Shown here: piece after piece, positions 51,279 to 64,000 of the stretch | How positions within the stretch are numbered: the first letter of the stretch is position 1 | How the letters are laid out: every line of letters starts with the position of its first letter | Source of the DNA: the human T2T-CHM13v2.0 reference genome, Homo sapiens | Reading direction: 5' to 3' (one strand) | Length of the DNA stretch: 64,000 nucleotides | NCBI RefSeq assembly: GCF_009914755.1 | Contig: NC_060931.1 | Program-made: the position numbers and the translations under genes | Notes under the pieces: model-generated | Seen by the model: the letters and a program-made list of their open reading frames with translations, nothing else | Database searches by the model: none | Told to the model about the DNA's origin: nothing

Positions 51279-53149
51279 CTCTGCTCTGTGTCAGCTTCCT
51301 GAGTAGCCCCACCCATGACGCCTTCGTAGGCAAGCGGGGGCTTTCCAAGTCCTCATTCATGCTGCTTTCCGGTGCAAGAATACTGCCTCAAGGAAACATT
51401 AAAATTATCATAGAGAAGTAGAGAAAATACCAGGATTTTCAGGAGTGGACTTGACAGACGTTTGCCTGATGTGTGAAACGGGTGGCTGTAGGAGAAGGTG
51501 TCCATCACACTTACGGGCAGACGGAGAAGCTCATTCGCTCATGCTGTCAACCCTCGCTGGGTGTCTAGCAGGGACCAGACGCAGGTCTCAGCCCTGGGAG
51601 TGCAGGGGGCACATGGTCAGGTAAGCCCCAGCTTTCAGGGAGCTTGTGTCTCAGTGAAATGCCAGGAGAGGGCCACTTGGGGAGCACTGGTCACTTACAT
51701 GGGATGATAGTGGTGTCCCCCAAGACAGGAAAGCAGGACTTTTTTCTACACACGTGCCACTCTGAATCTAAGCATTTCCTTTGTTTCTTTGATGTCCAGA
51801 CCCAAAGTGTACAGCGACTTTTCTTTCTTGCTGCTTTTCCTCTCTGCTCTTATCACAAACGAAGTCCTTCCAGCCGGAGCCTCAGTCTCTTCCTCCCTCC
51901 ATGGCTTCCTGCTTTCTCTTCCACGCTGTATTGATTTTCTTTTCCCCCAACGTTGGCTTCTGTGCTAATGCCTTATTCTAGTGAGGGAGGCTAACAGCGG
52001 GATTTCGGGGACTGAGGCAAGGCCATGAGGAACTCGTGGGCGGGGAGGCCTTTGTTCTGCAAATCTTGGCGTGCAGTTTGCACTCTCCGTTCAATTAGGA
52101 TCAGACTTGAAGAGGAGACAGGGCAAAGGTGACTCATCCTGTCTTTTTCAATTTCAGCATTTTGTGTAACACCATGTTCCAAATCAATGTAAAAACCGCG
52201 ATAACAAAATTATTACTCGCCATAACTGAAGCCCATCCTGTGGCCCACAGAGAGAGCCAGGGAGTCTCAGGTGTGTGTGCGAGAAGAGGTTCAACTCTTC
52301 CCTCCACTGCCTCCTCATAGAGGAAGGACCGGGGGCTCGCACCCAATAATATACAGTGATAGGAAGAACTCCTGTGATATCAGAAGAATCAACTCCAGAG
52401 GTGTTCGACAGGACTGCGTTTCAGAGACTTCCTTTTGGTACGCCCAGCCTCTTAAAGCCTAACACATAAATGGAGCCTCTTCTGGAGGGAGGAAAAAAGA
52501 CCAGAATGCATTGCACGCAATGTGCTGCCTCATACCCGATGTACAGGAGTCTCCGCAGTGGGAATCCTGCCATGGGCACTCGCAAACCACATCTTCGACC
52601 ACACAATGAGCTTCAGGTTTGTTTTAAAAAAAAAAAAAAAAGCTGGCCCTATCTAAGCAGCTGTGCTGGAAGCTGCAGCTGAGGCCCACGCCACTGTGGA
52701 CAGCCCAGGCAGCTTCGGATCTCCTGCAGCTGTGCCGCATTGCTACTGCCTGGGACCTGGTCATCTGCCAGCAGGATGACCGCGGGAGTAGGAAACACAG
52801 CGCCCTGTCATGACAGACACATGGGCGAGCAGCAGTGTGCACACGTGTGGGTGTGTGCATGTCCATGCATGCGTGTGAGTGAGGCGTTTGCGGGGGCGAG
52901 GCTCTGTCTGTTTCCCTGTTTGATGCCAAATGTTAATTGCTTTGAGGACCAGAAATCAAACCGTGATGCAGTGAAAAACAGGACAAAACAGCTTCCCACA
53001 GGCATTTGGGGGACTAACTGGGTGGCCACTCAGAGCCTCTGAGTTTCGATCCCCTGCTGTTTAAAGGATGCTGGGGGGACTCCCAGTCTCTAAGACCAGG
53101 AAGGGGGCTGGTGATCATCAAGGCCAGCAGAGCTCTTAGGGAAGTTCAG

Positions 53150-53303
53150 GGCATGTCTGACCTGAACCCCGGCCCCTCCATGGGTCCCCGTGCTGTGTCT
53201 GCAGTCAGGCCCAGTGGAACCCCAAAGGCATGTCTGACCCGAACCCCCGCCCCTCCATAGGTCCCTGTACTGTGTCTACAGTCAGGCCCAGTGGAACCCC
53301 AAA
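53150..53303. repeat. Tandem duplication, 2 x 77 bp
   Basis: ggcatgtctgacc...gtcaggcccagtggaaccccaaa at 53150 and 53227, ~90% identical. Confidence 0.92.
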
Positions 53304-53976
53304 GACGGGGGTCAGAAAAGGGTGTTCTTCATGGAGGAGGAGTCTAGGGCCAGAGGCTGTTCGCTTGGTCCTTCAGCCCTCACTGCCTACAGGGGTCCAG
53401 GGCTCCGGGAGGCGATACAGGGATACAGCAACGCCGAGCTCCCACTGGACAGACGTGACTCTGTTCACCATGGCTCCGTCGCGGAGGCCCGGGAAGGGCA
53501 GAGAATCATTCTTACTTAGCACAAGGTGCTTGTTGACCTATACAAAATTAATTTCTTGACTGTCGCTGAGAATTCCCAGCGGAGTTGTTCACATCAGAGA
53601 GAACTAAGCACACAATTGCCTGTTATCTGACAGCCTGAACAAAGGCCAGCAGGTACCTGGCTGGCTGGGGAGACTGGGGTAAAGGGAGATTTTTGCGAGT
53701 TCAGCGGTGAGGCCTCAAAGAAGCAAGACACGCCTCCATGGCTGCAGCTCCATGCGCCACTCCAGCCACCGCCAAGGTATCCAGAGCAGGGCTGGGGCCA
53801 GGGCGCCTGGCTCTGAAGCTTGACTGTGCCTCTCCTAGCTGTGTGCCCCTGGGGATGGGACTCAACCTCTCTGTGCCTCAGGTTTGGCATCTGTAAACAG
53901 GGATGGGAAATTGAGTCCTTTCTTCACCTGGGGACTCTTGTGTGCCTTGCCCGCTTCAAATCATCTGCTCCACCTA

Positions 53977-54451
<475 letters not shown>

Positions 54452-54873
54452 TTAATATCTACAGACTTTGAGGTCTATAGCCAGACGGTAGTTATATTTT
54501 TAGTACTTTCTGAGAAAACATACAAAGTCAAACAAACAATTCTGGGCTCCAAGGGGCTTTTAAAAGGTTCTGCATTTTGTCAGTCACAATGGCACCCACC
54601 TATATATTTGAGGCCTGATTTATATACACATGAATAAGCCTACACACAAACACGTATGCGTTCAGAAATACATACATCCGCGATACATATGTATAAATAC
54701 ATACATCCACAGATACACATATGTAAAGCTTGGGTGCCATAACAGAGTGTCCCCAAAACACAGTGACCTAGGGAACGCAGGAGTTTGCTTCTGTCACGAC
54801 ACCCTCCTGCTGTTAACGGGCCCCAGACTGTGGGGCAGCTGTGTTCCTAGGGGTCATTTAGAAACCCAGGCTC

Positions 54874-55412
<539 letters not shown>

Positions 55413-55964
55413 CCTCGTCCCCAGGGCCTCGCTGCCATCTGCCCGGCCAAAGCTGTGAGTGGCCTCACTGTCCAGACTCCGCGGCTGGAAGTGTGGAGAA
55501 GTGGCAAGGCCCACGTCTAGAGGCCAAGCCTGACCTTCCTTGAGAAAATGTCACCACATGGTCACACTCAAGCACGAGGAGGCTGGGAATGTGCTCTGAC
55601 CAGGCAGCACGTGCTGGCTCCAAGTGCAGGACTCAGAGAAGAGGAAAGGAATCCTGGAGCTCAGGGATCTGAGCCAGGCCATCTCAACCCAACGCCTGCT
55701 ATTTATTCTGGATCTGAAGGACATTCATCAGGACTCTATGCCTTCAGGGGACTGTGGTGAGAGGGTGGGGAACACTTAACTTAGCTCAGCCTCCTACTCA
55801 AGTCCTCATTCATTCAACGCCACAGGCCAGCGTGAGCTACACTTGGGGTATAGGAAGCCCTGGGGAGCTCCCAGGAGATGGTGCAGCCCCCACTGCTGGC
55901 CCTCCTCTGACCTCCTTCAGCCTCTGGCACTAAGACATTGTCTGTGGTGTGACCCTCTTTTTAA

Positions 55965-56175
55965 AAATTGCGTTTTCGTTATTTGGGGTATATACACCCA
56001 GCTGTGGAAATGTGGACCATATGGTAATTGTAGGTTTCGTTTTTTGGGGAGCCGTCATCTAGCATTCCACGGTGGCTGAGCCATTTTTCCCTCCCACCAC
56101 AGGGTACAAGGGCCCCAGTTCCTCCCCATCTTCACCAGTGCTTGTTATTTGCTGGTTTTCATAGTCGTGGTCTGG
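55965..56175 (-). mobile_element. Old L1 fragment
   Basis: tggggtatatacaccca...catatggtaatt...ccccatcttcaccagtgcttgttatt. Confidence 0.65.
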
Positions 56176-56449
56176 GCCTCCAGACAGGGCATGGTGTCCT
56201 CCCCGCAGCGGGAGACCCCGCGTCGTTCCCTCTCTCCCTCAGCACCTGGGCACCCAGCATGCTGTCTCCAGCAGACGCCCATCGGTGCCCAGTGACCATG
56301 GACAGCAAGGAGTTGCAAGCGGTCCTGCCCCTCCCTCCGATCATGCTGGAACAGTGGCTTCTCTGAGGAGGAGGCGGGTGTGGGGCCCTCTGCCCAGGAC
56401 AGGCCGTGGAGGGACACAGGCTTACAGCCAGCCCCGGCTGAGTCCAGCC

Positions 56450-56605
56450 ATCAGCCCGTGGGCCTCAGTCTCCTCCTCTGTAAAGGAGAGGTGATGGTGC
56501 CTACTTTGGCTATTGTGAAGATTAAAGGAAATCATGTTCACGAAAAGCTTAGGGCAGCCCTGGCGTGTGAAGGGCTGGGGAAACATGAGCCGTCGTTATT
56601 ACCAT
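56450..56605 (+). mobile_element. MIR
   Basis: gggcctcagtctcctcctctgtaaa...tattgtgaagattaaa. Confidence 0.65.
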
Positions 56606-59600
56606 TGCACAAGTCTGCATCTCTGCTTACAAAGCCATTGTCTGCTATTGTCCCCACACCTCTCCAAGTCCTCCAGCCCGTGTGGGAAACCCAAGGGCAT
56701 CCTCGTCCTTCTGCTCCCTGATCTGGCCTGGGGGCTGCAGGAGGACCCTCACTCCTTCAGCCCTGCCCTCTCTCCAGCCCACCGCGTTGCCGTCTAGACT
56801 CACACTGGGCTTTCCTCCTAACTCTATCACCTGGGTGGGGTGACCTTGGCCCGAACCTCTGTACTCACAAGGGGGCTGACAGTCCAATCGTGCTCAGCGC
56901 CCGGTGGAAGAAACAACTCAGGCAGCAGCTGGCTGTGGTCACTCGCACGTTAATGGGGCACCGAGCCGTCAGACTGCACTCTGCTTAAAGGTCTGTGCCC
57001 CTGGAGGCCCCCAGCTGAGGGTGAGGGTGGGTGTGCATTTGGGTGGTGGTTGGTCTTGGGCAGGGCAAACTGGTCACCAAGCTAAAATGGTCTGCTTTTC
57101 CCTGAAAATTAACTTTTTGCCCAAGACAGACATCCTGGTGGCCCTTGCCCAGGAGTCATCCCTCCAGGTGTACAGGAAGGCGGCAGAGATCCCCTGGCCC
57201 ACCCTCGACCATCACCCTTCTGTCCAGCACCCTGGCTGCATCCTTCAGCCCAGCGTGGGCCAGCTCCTCGCCCCCTTAGCCCAGGCCCTCCCACCCTTGG
57301 TGCTCAGCTGCTGTTGACATCCATCCCTGCAGCTGGAGGGACACCCCACCCCAGGCCTGGACTCAGCTGGGCAATGCTGCATCCTCCCATTTTATTCTCT
57401 AAGCACTCTGAGGGTAAGCCCTTCATCTCATTCCTCCTGCAACCCTGAGAGGGACAAAAGGGCTGTCACCACCTCCCTGTGGGGGACACTGGCAGGATGA
57501 GGGGACTGCCCAAGCCACGCCCAGCCACACCCTTTGGAAACGTCCTGCACAGCGAGCTCTTCTCTCTGCAGGGGTTCTGCCTTTGCTGTCTCCACAGCCA
57601 TCTTCCAGCCCCAGTCCTGTCTGGGACCCTCTCACCACCCACAGATCCTTGCATGTCACATTTGTTACTCGGCCCCTCCCTGCCACTTCTCATTTAGTCT
57701 CGTAAGAAACCTGGCTGCTTAAAATTTTACTCAGTCTATAAATACTCTTTGCTGAGCATTTTCTATAACAATAGGAGCTGGAAACCCCCAAATCCGGATG
57801 GCTCGTCTCATGTCTGTTGCCCCACCCACCCCTCTGCAACTTCTCAAGCAGCTCACTTTGGATGATAAGCTCCACGTGTGTCTTAGAACTGACACGGCTG
57901 CGTCCCAAGTACCAGGTGTTGTGCTGTGTGCTTGAAGTTACAGCAACCCCTCACCACAGCTCTGTGAGGCAGCTGTGACTTCCATCCTTCTTACAAGTGG
58001 AGACGCTTAGGCTCCAGCCTCCACGGGGACTTCAGCGCTGAGTTTCCCTCGTGATAGGCAAGGCACTGTGCTGGGCGGGGCAGGTACAACTGATCTTCCA
58101 GAGTCAGGAGCATAGGGGTCTGGGAGTGAGACCCCCCCACCGCGCACACACTCTCCTGCTGGGAAGCCTCAGGGAAACTGGGTGCCCACCTCCCCACTTC
58201 AGCCAGGTCTCAGCCTCCCGGGGATGCTCTTGAGGCCGACCCTCGGGATGCCGCCCCGTCCTGCCCCTCCAGGGTAGGCCCCCACGAGCAGGGGCCTGGA
58301 CTCCATGGGTAGACAAGTCTTGTGTGGATTGGGACCGGAGCTGGTAAGGCCAGGAAGGGGCAACTGTAGGCACTGCCCGGGGAGGGGCAGAATCATGCTG
58401 TTGCCCAGTGATGCCAGGTACACAAAGGCAAAGCTGGAGGGACAACGTGGAGGCCCAGACTCATTCGGGTGCATTGAGAGTCAGTGGTGGCGTGCAGGGA
58501 GATGTGATCGCAGGCCTGCTTCTAGAGACTTCTCTGGCAGCAGGTGGAAGGGCAGGTGGGAGGGAGGCCGCCACTTTGAGGCTGGGACAGAAGGGTGAGG
58601 ACCTGCACTGGGCATGAGGGCAACCACAGACACACGCAGAGCCATGGAAGCCAGAGCTGTGGAACAGATCTGTGCCCAGTGCCGGTGGGGCAGGCTGGCC
58701 CCTCGGGCGGCTCTGTGTCTGTTCTCTTTGGGCCCAGGCTGTGTCCACCTTGCCAGGCAGTGGGAGAGAGGCAGCATCCAGGCACCCCATCCCATACACC
58801 AGGGAGCGGCACCGGCTGGGACCATCAAGCTTCCCTGGCAGGACAGCAGAGCGTGGTCACTTTCACACCGCCGAGGGGAGGCTCCCTCAGTCACAGCCTC
58901 CCATCACAGGAGGGAACCGGGGACGCAGAACCGGGGGGACAGGGGCCCAGCTCCCGGCCTCGCCCCGCCCAGGGAGGACTGTCCTGAGCACCGCTGCCCA
59001 GGCCTTCATGCTTCAGAAGCTACCAGAAGCAGAGGCTGAACGCGGCCGCCCCGGCCACTGCAGAGCCCAGGAAGGGCAGGGCGCTGAATGGCCCGCCCAG
59101 CTGCACGCATGGCTGCGTCTTCTGTGTGCCCTGCGTCTTTAAGAGAAAAGGAGGGACCTCTCAGGAAGTGGCGGGGCATCTGCTCCCGCAGGAGAAACTC
59201 TTTTACATTTCTAATCAGGAGCCTGGGCTAGGGAGTGTCCTGCCCCCGTGCCCGCAGGGATGGGGGACAATGAGGCTCCTCAACTGTTCCAGGGTAGCCC
59301 TTGCAGGCAAATCCGAGAAGGCTACGGCTTCAGAAGGAAAAGAACCAGGGAAGAAGTCCTCACAGGAATAGACCGGGCCTCGGGCGAGGCTGAAATTCTT
59401 CCTCTACACCAGGACTGCTACAGGAGGTTGTTTGGTTTCTCTGCTGGTGCTGTCTTCACACACTTACAATTAATATTAGCAGCAAGTGTCACTAAGGAGC
59501 AAGGAGCGATTTCTCCAGGAACCGGAAACTCCCCTCTGCCCCCCTGCAGCACCCAGCAAGCCGGGGCTGCCTAAAGGCCTGCCACAGGGGCTGGGTTTCT

Positions 59601-59619
59601 GGAATGTTCTTTCATCCCC

Positions 59620-60250
59620 TGGGAGTCCTGGGCTGCTCCGTCCGGCCCTCCCTCCGTGAGAAGGGGAAGCCGAGGCTTGGATGAGCTGCCCTGGCCGGCT
59701 CCGGGCTCCACCCCCCGCGCCCTGGCTGTTGCCATGGTTGGCCTCAGGCATCCGGCTCGGCCTACAGGAAACACGCTTGTAGGACTCGCTAGGGCAGGAG
59801 AGAATGGGGTAACGCGGAAGATGGATTTTTTTTTTTTTTTGAAATGAGCAAACAGTCTAGAGAACCCCACAGAAACAAAAGGGGAAAAGAAGGAGACGAT
59901 CCAACAAAGGCCATTAGAGCGAAGAGCATCAGCGACATAGACGCAGCTACCAGGCGACCAGGCGCAGGAAGGGTGCGGCCGCAGCGGGTGTCGCGACCGC
60001 AGGAGGGCCAGGGCGGGGCGGCAGAGGGGCTCCCGGGACCAGGGTGCAGGAACCCGACAGGGAGGGAGAGACGGGGTGGGAAACAGGTGGACAGACAGAC
60101 CTCCGGGGCTGAGGCGGAGAAACAAGACCCAGGCTGGAGAGGGGAGGGCGAGAGATGGCCACCGCCCCAGCACGTCGGAGTGGGCGCTGGGAGTTCATGG
60201 AATCGTGGAGTAATCAAAGGAACTCAGAAACCGCCCCACGAACCCTAGAT
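59620..60250. promoter_or_regulatory. Small orphan CpG-rich segment
   Basis: Local CpG enrichment (GCGGCCGC, TCGCGA, GGGCGGGG) against a CpG-depleted background. Confidence 0.55.
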
Positions 60251-61530
60251 TTTACCGGGTTTCTACAGAAACTGAAGCCAAGGGGTCCAGCACACAGCCC
60301 AGGGCCATCCCTTCGGCCTGAAGCAGTGTCCTCACCACACTAGGTCTCCGTGGGCAGCTCCTTCCCTGGCCCCACCCGGCTTGCTTTGGAAATACCCAGA
60401 TGTACTTGAATACTGGGATTAAAAAAAAACATGGAAGGAGAAAGGAAAATGCTGAGAGGGGGGAAGGGTTAATCCAAGAGGGAAGAGACAAGCAGAGCAG
60501 GAAGCAGGAAGGAGGAGGAGGCTCGGGGCAGAGAGGAGAGGGACCTGGTGAAGTGGGGGGCTGAAGGCGCGGGGACCACCCCAGGCATTCTGGGTGCCAT
60601 CTCTGTACGTGACAAATGTCCACACTCAAGCTCACAGCGGCCTCTCTCAACCGCCTCCGCGCAGCAGGGTTATCCATGGCTGAGACTCCGGGGACAAGGG
60701 GTAGGCAAAAAGAAACACAGCTGAGATAAAAGTCAGGGGACGGAGAGAGGAAACCAGTCCGGAAATGGCAGAGAGGAAGAGTTTGCTTCCTCCTGGGAAG
60801 GTTCCCTGTAAATGGGTTAGGACGTCTTTATTATGGAAAGATGACTCTGTGGTATCATGCAATAAGCTTGGTAGTCATGGAAAAGAAATCTGTATGGGAA
60901 ATTATACTTTTGACTTATGACAGAGTGAAGAGTCACGTTGCCCATCCTTTCATTCAGATTATTAGTTAAATGAGGAAATAACCACAGACTGTTCCATTCT
61001 ATTTGGTATACATTTCTAGAAGTCTATGAAATCAAGCTGTATTTGGGAAGACCACTTCCTTCAGAGCACTTTATTTTGTGAACTATTTTGGCACCTGAGG
61101 ATCCAACGGTCATGGTCCCCTTTGCCATCAAAATACAATAAGTGGAGCTTACAACTAACTTAATGTATACATGTCCATTTCTTTTAAGTGTGGATGTTGG
61201 TCTGAAGGATTTCTTCAAACAGTCTTGTCACTAATTTTATCATGTGACCAAAAATGAGCACTGGACATTGGATTTTCAAGATTTTCCCTGATAAAAATGA
61301 ATCCTCTAATCCTCCCCTAATTGAACAATTCTGCATGTGATTTGGGTTTGAATTGTAAATTATAACCCTTTTCCTATTTTCTAAAATGCTCTTTTAAAAG
61401 TCTTGTAAATTCACCAGTAGTCTTCATCATTTGAGTAGTAAATGTAGTCAATTAATCTTTTTGGAAGCATTTTAGGATGAGACTTCTGGATTACTGTTCA
61501 TTTTAAGACCAAGAGTTAATGAGGAAAAAA

Positions 61531-61599
61531 AGCCTTCCACCTCTGCAATTTTAGCTGACGGAAATGTTCTTGAATTTGCTAAATATTCACTTACAAAAA
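61531..61599 (+). repeat. 69-bp dispersed duplicate of 63600-63668, flanked by a 16-bp direct repeat
   Basis: 68/69 identical; AGTTAATGAGGAAAAA at 61514-61529 and 61600-61615. Confidence 0.93.
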
Positions 61600-61744
61600 A
61601 GTTAATGAGGAAAAATGAGGACGGCACCGGCCAGGCAATGTATTCAACAGAAGCTCTAATTTGCTGTGTTGTCTTGGGCCAAACACTCAGCCTCTCTGTG
61701 CTTTGGGCTCCTCTAAACAGGATTACTTATTTCTGTTTCCTTTA

Positions 61745-62215
61745 AAGCGGGAGTTTTAAATCTGGATCCTGTGAACTTGGATGGGAAAAGTTCATCCTTG
61801 TTTTTGCTAGTCCATCTCTAACTGGAATCCACTTTTTCTTTTCATTATGAAGTAGACATCAAACCCTTGCACGGTTTAGCAGCGCCTGTGAGATTGCGGC
61901 TGATTTAAACCACGGATATTTTCATGTCATGTTATACCTACAGATATCTCAGAATATCATTTCCGCTCGTCACTACTTTAAAATTTGCCAATAGACCTGC
62001 TGCTAGATCTTGTTATTAAAGATATTAGTAAAGAAAGATGCATCACAATGAAAATATATTTTGTAACTATTTAAATCTGACTGGTTCCTTTGAAATCCTG
62101 TGTATCTTACTGTATGCATTTAAATATATTCATCTCAGAAGGCTGTGTCAATAGGCATCCCACAGCTGCCAAAAAGATCCATGGCATTAAGAAAGGTGAA
62201 GAAGCTCTGGTTTAC
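61745..62215. mobile_element. Charlie4-like hAT fossil
   Basis: tgaacttggatgggaaaa...tagacctgctgctagatcttgttatt...ctgccaaaaagatccatggca. Confidence 0.55.
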
Positions 62216-63241
62216 AGGAATATGGAAAGGCAAAATGAATATTTGCTAAAAGGATGTCAGCTCTCTAGAGCAAAAACAACAACGACGACAAAAAAACAGA
62301 GGAAAGGTAAGGTCAACAAATCACTGCTACCACGCTGAGGAATCCATACAATCAATAGCTGTGCCAGGAAAAGGGCTTGACCCTGTGGCCACACCCCAAA
62401 ATTATTTGTATTCAAAGGAGTCAGTCCCCACAAGGAGGATTTCTGACGCACTTGGCCCTACTGTTCCTCTCTGGGTCAGCGGTAATATGTGGGCGCTGTT
62501 TCTGTTCCCCACGACCAGGCCATGTGGGGCCTCGGGGACCCCGAATGCCTCGTGCTGCGGCGGAGGCCTTGGAGTGAGTGCCGGTTCCATGGTCTGCTCC
62601 GCCGCAGCCACGACGCTGGGCCCCCAGCACACCCGTGCGGTATGTGTTCCTCGGGGAGCCCTCCTGCCTCCTCTTGTTGGCATACATGTTCACACCATGA
62701 TATTTAAGAGAGATGTCACCACAGACAAGCCCATGTCCAGCCTGTCCTAATAAGCAGCCGCCGGGCTGCCCAGAAAGTCACGGTCTTCTCAAAGGAAATG
62801 CTTCAGTGCTGATGTGTGACCCCACCAAATCCGAGTGAGGAGCCCTGCAGCCTGGATCTCCGTCAGAGCCGAGGGCCGCAGGCACCGTGGTCCAACCACT
62901 GCATTTACAGGGTCCGGCCCATGAGAGCAGGGAGGGCACGAAGCCCAGGTCTGGGGTCTTTCTCCGCCTGAGCGGTCCCTCAAGGGAGGCACGCACGTGC
63001 TGCAGAGCCGGGAATCTGGCCTTTGACCTGCGCCACTTGTAAGTCTCCAGACCCTAGTCTGTTCTTCCCAAGTTGGAGATGAAAATGGCATTTCTCTACA
63101 AAATTGTTGCAAGGATGAAATAAAATAGTGCCCTCGGGAGGGACATATAAACTGTAAAGGGCAGTGCTGAGCTCACCACCATCGCCATGCTAGCAGGAGC
63201 CGTGGCCTCTGGGCTCACCCGGCCGAGGCTCAGCAAACAGG

Positions 63242-63393
63242 CCTGCTGTGGAGCCTGGGCGGCGGGTTCGGGGCGGGGTTCGGGTCCGTCCAGGTTCCCT
63301 GTCCTGGAACTGAAGATGGGAATCCTGCTGCAGAGCCTGGGCGGGTGGGGTTCGGGTCCGTCCAGGTTCCCTGTCCTGGAACTGAAGTTGGGA
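63242..63393. repeat. Imperfect tandem duplication (~82 + ~70 bp)
   Basis: 41-bp exact match ggggttcgggtccgtccaggttccctgtcctggaactgaag at 63275 and 63347. Confidence 0.9.
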
Positions 63394-63689
63394 CTTTCCC
63401 ATGGGCAGGACTCTTCTCCTTCCTCACCTGCCCGATGCCAGGTCTCCCTGGAGGACTCAGCGTCACTGGAAATGTGGCTCCAAGTCTCCCTAGACCTTCC
63501 TAGAGCAGCAAGAAACCTGGCACCACGGGTGGAAGCCTGGCCTGCCCTGAGCCAGCCTCTCCCACCGTCACCAGCTTCCCAGCACTGACTTCCCCTGGGA
63601 GCCTTCCACCTCTGCAATTTTAGCTGACGGGAATGTTCTTGAATTTGCTAAATATTCACTTACAAAAATTAATCTCTGCATTGTTCTCA

Positions 63690-64000
63690 ATAATAAACGT
63701 GAAAATAATCGAAACGACCTAATACAGGAGATTTGTTAAATAAATGTGGCTTGCACGTGAAATAAACACTTTGCAGCCGTTAAATTTTATGCTGTAGAAG
63801 AATCTGAGTGACATGAAGATTCACAATACATCAAGTGAAAAGGCCAGGTCATAATATGGTAGATAAGATATAATCTAATTTACAGATGTATGTATATACA
63901 CACACGCGTATTAACAGATATGCGTGTGTATATATATGATGTAAACAATTATCTGGGTGATGAAATTTGGAGACTTTTTATTTTCATATTTTTAAAATCT
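63690..64000 (+). mobile_element. L1ME-type 3' fragment
   Basis: atttgttaaataaatgtgg...caagtgaaaagg...ttatctggg motifs. Confidence 0.45.

Noticed and set aside
50597-51421. Repetitive ORFs (CSEHAQNMLRT)n in all three + frames
   Set aside because: An 11-nt stop-free unit gives the same peptide in every frame; no splice or promoter support.

Overview
Mammalian, most likely human, genomic DNA (it carries primate-specific Alu, MST and Tigger1 elements) containing the complete two-exon engrailed homeobox 2 gene (EN2, + strand). The CDS is join(26958..27642,30951..31267), 333 aa, with a 3308-bp GT-AG intron and a ~2.1-kb 3'UTR. EN2 sits in a ~20-kb repeat-poor CpG-island domain (~17.2-37.4 kb) with several homeodomain/Pax/TCF motif clusters that look like developmental enhancers. 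The flanks are ordinary repeat-rich intergenic DNA: Alus, MaLR/ERV LTRs, L1/L2/MIR fragments, hAT fossils and a full-length Tigger1 interrupted by four Alus. I recognise no other protein-coding gene; nearly all ORF-track entries are GC-rich or repeat-derived noise. The most unusual observations are: (1) an 11-bp minisatellite at 50.6-51.3 kb with about 23 perfect p53-family half-sites, apparently made by CpG deamination; (2) a 69-bp segment copied from 2 kb away and inserted with a 16-bp target-site duplication (61.5 kb); (3) Pax/Pbx/En/TCF/Otx motif clusters on both sides of EN2; (4) a 3'UTR with four Pumilio elements and a candidate proximal polyA site. All motif counts and repeat subfamily names are by eye and from memory, not from a search.
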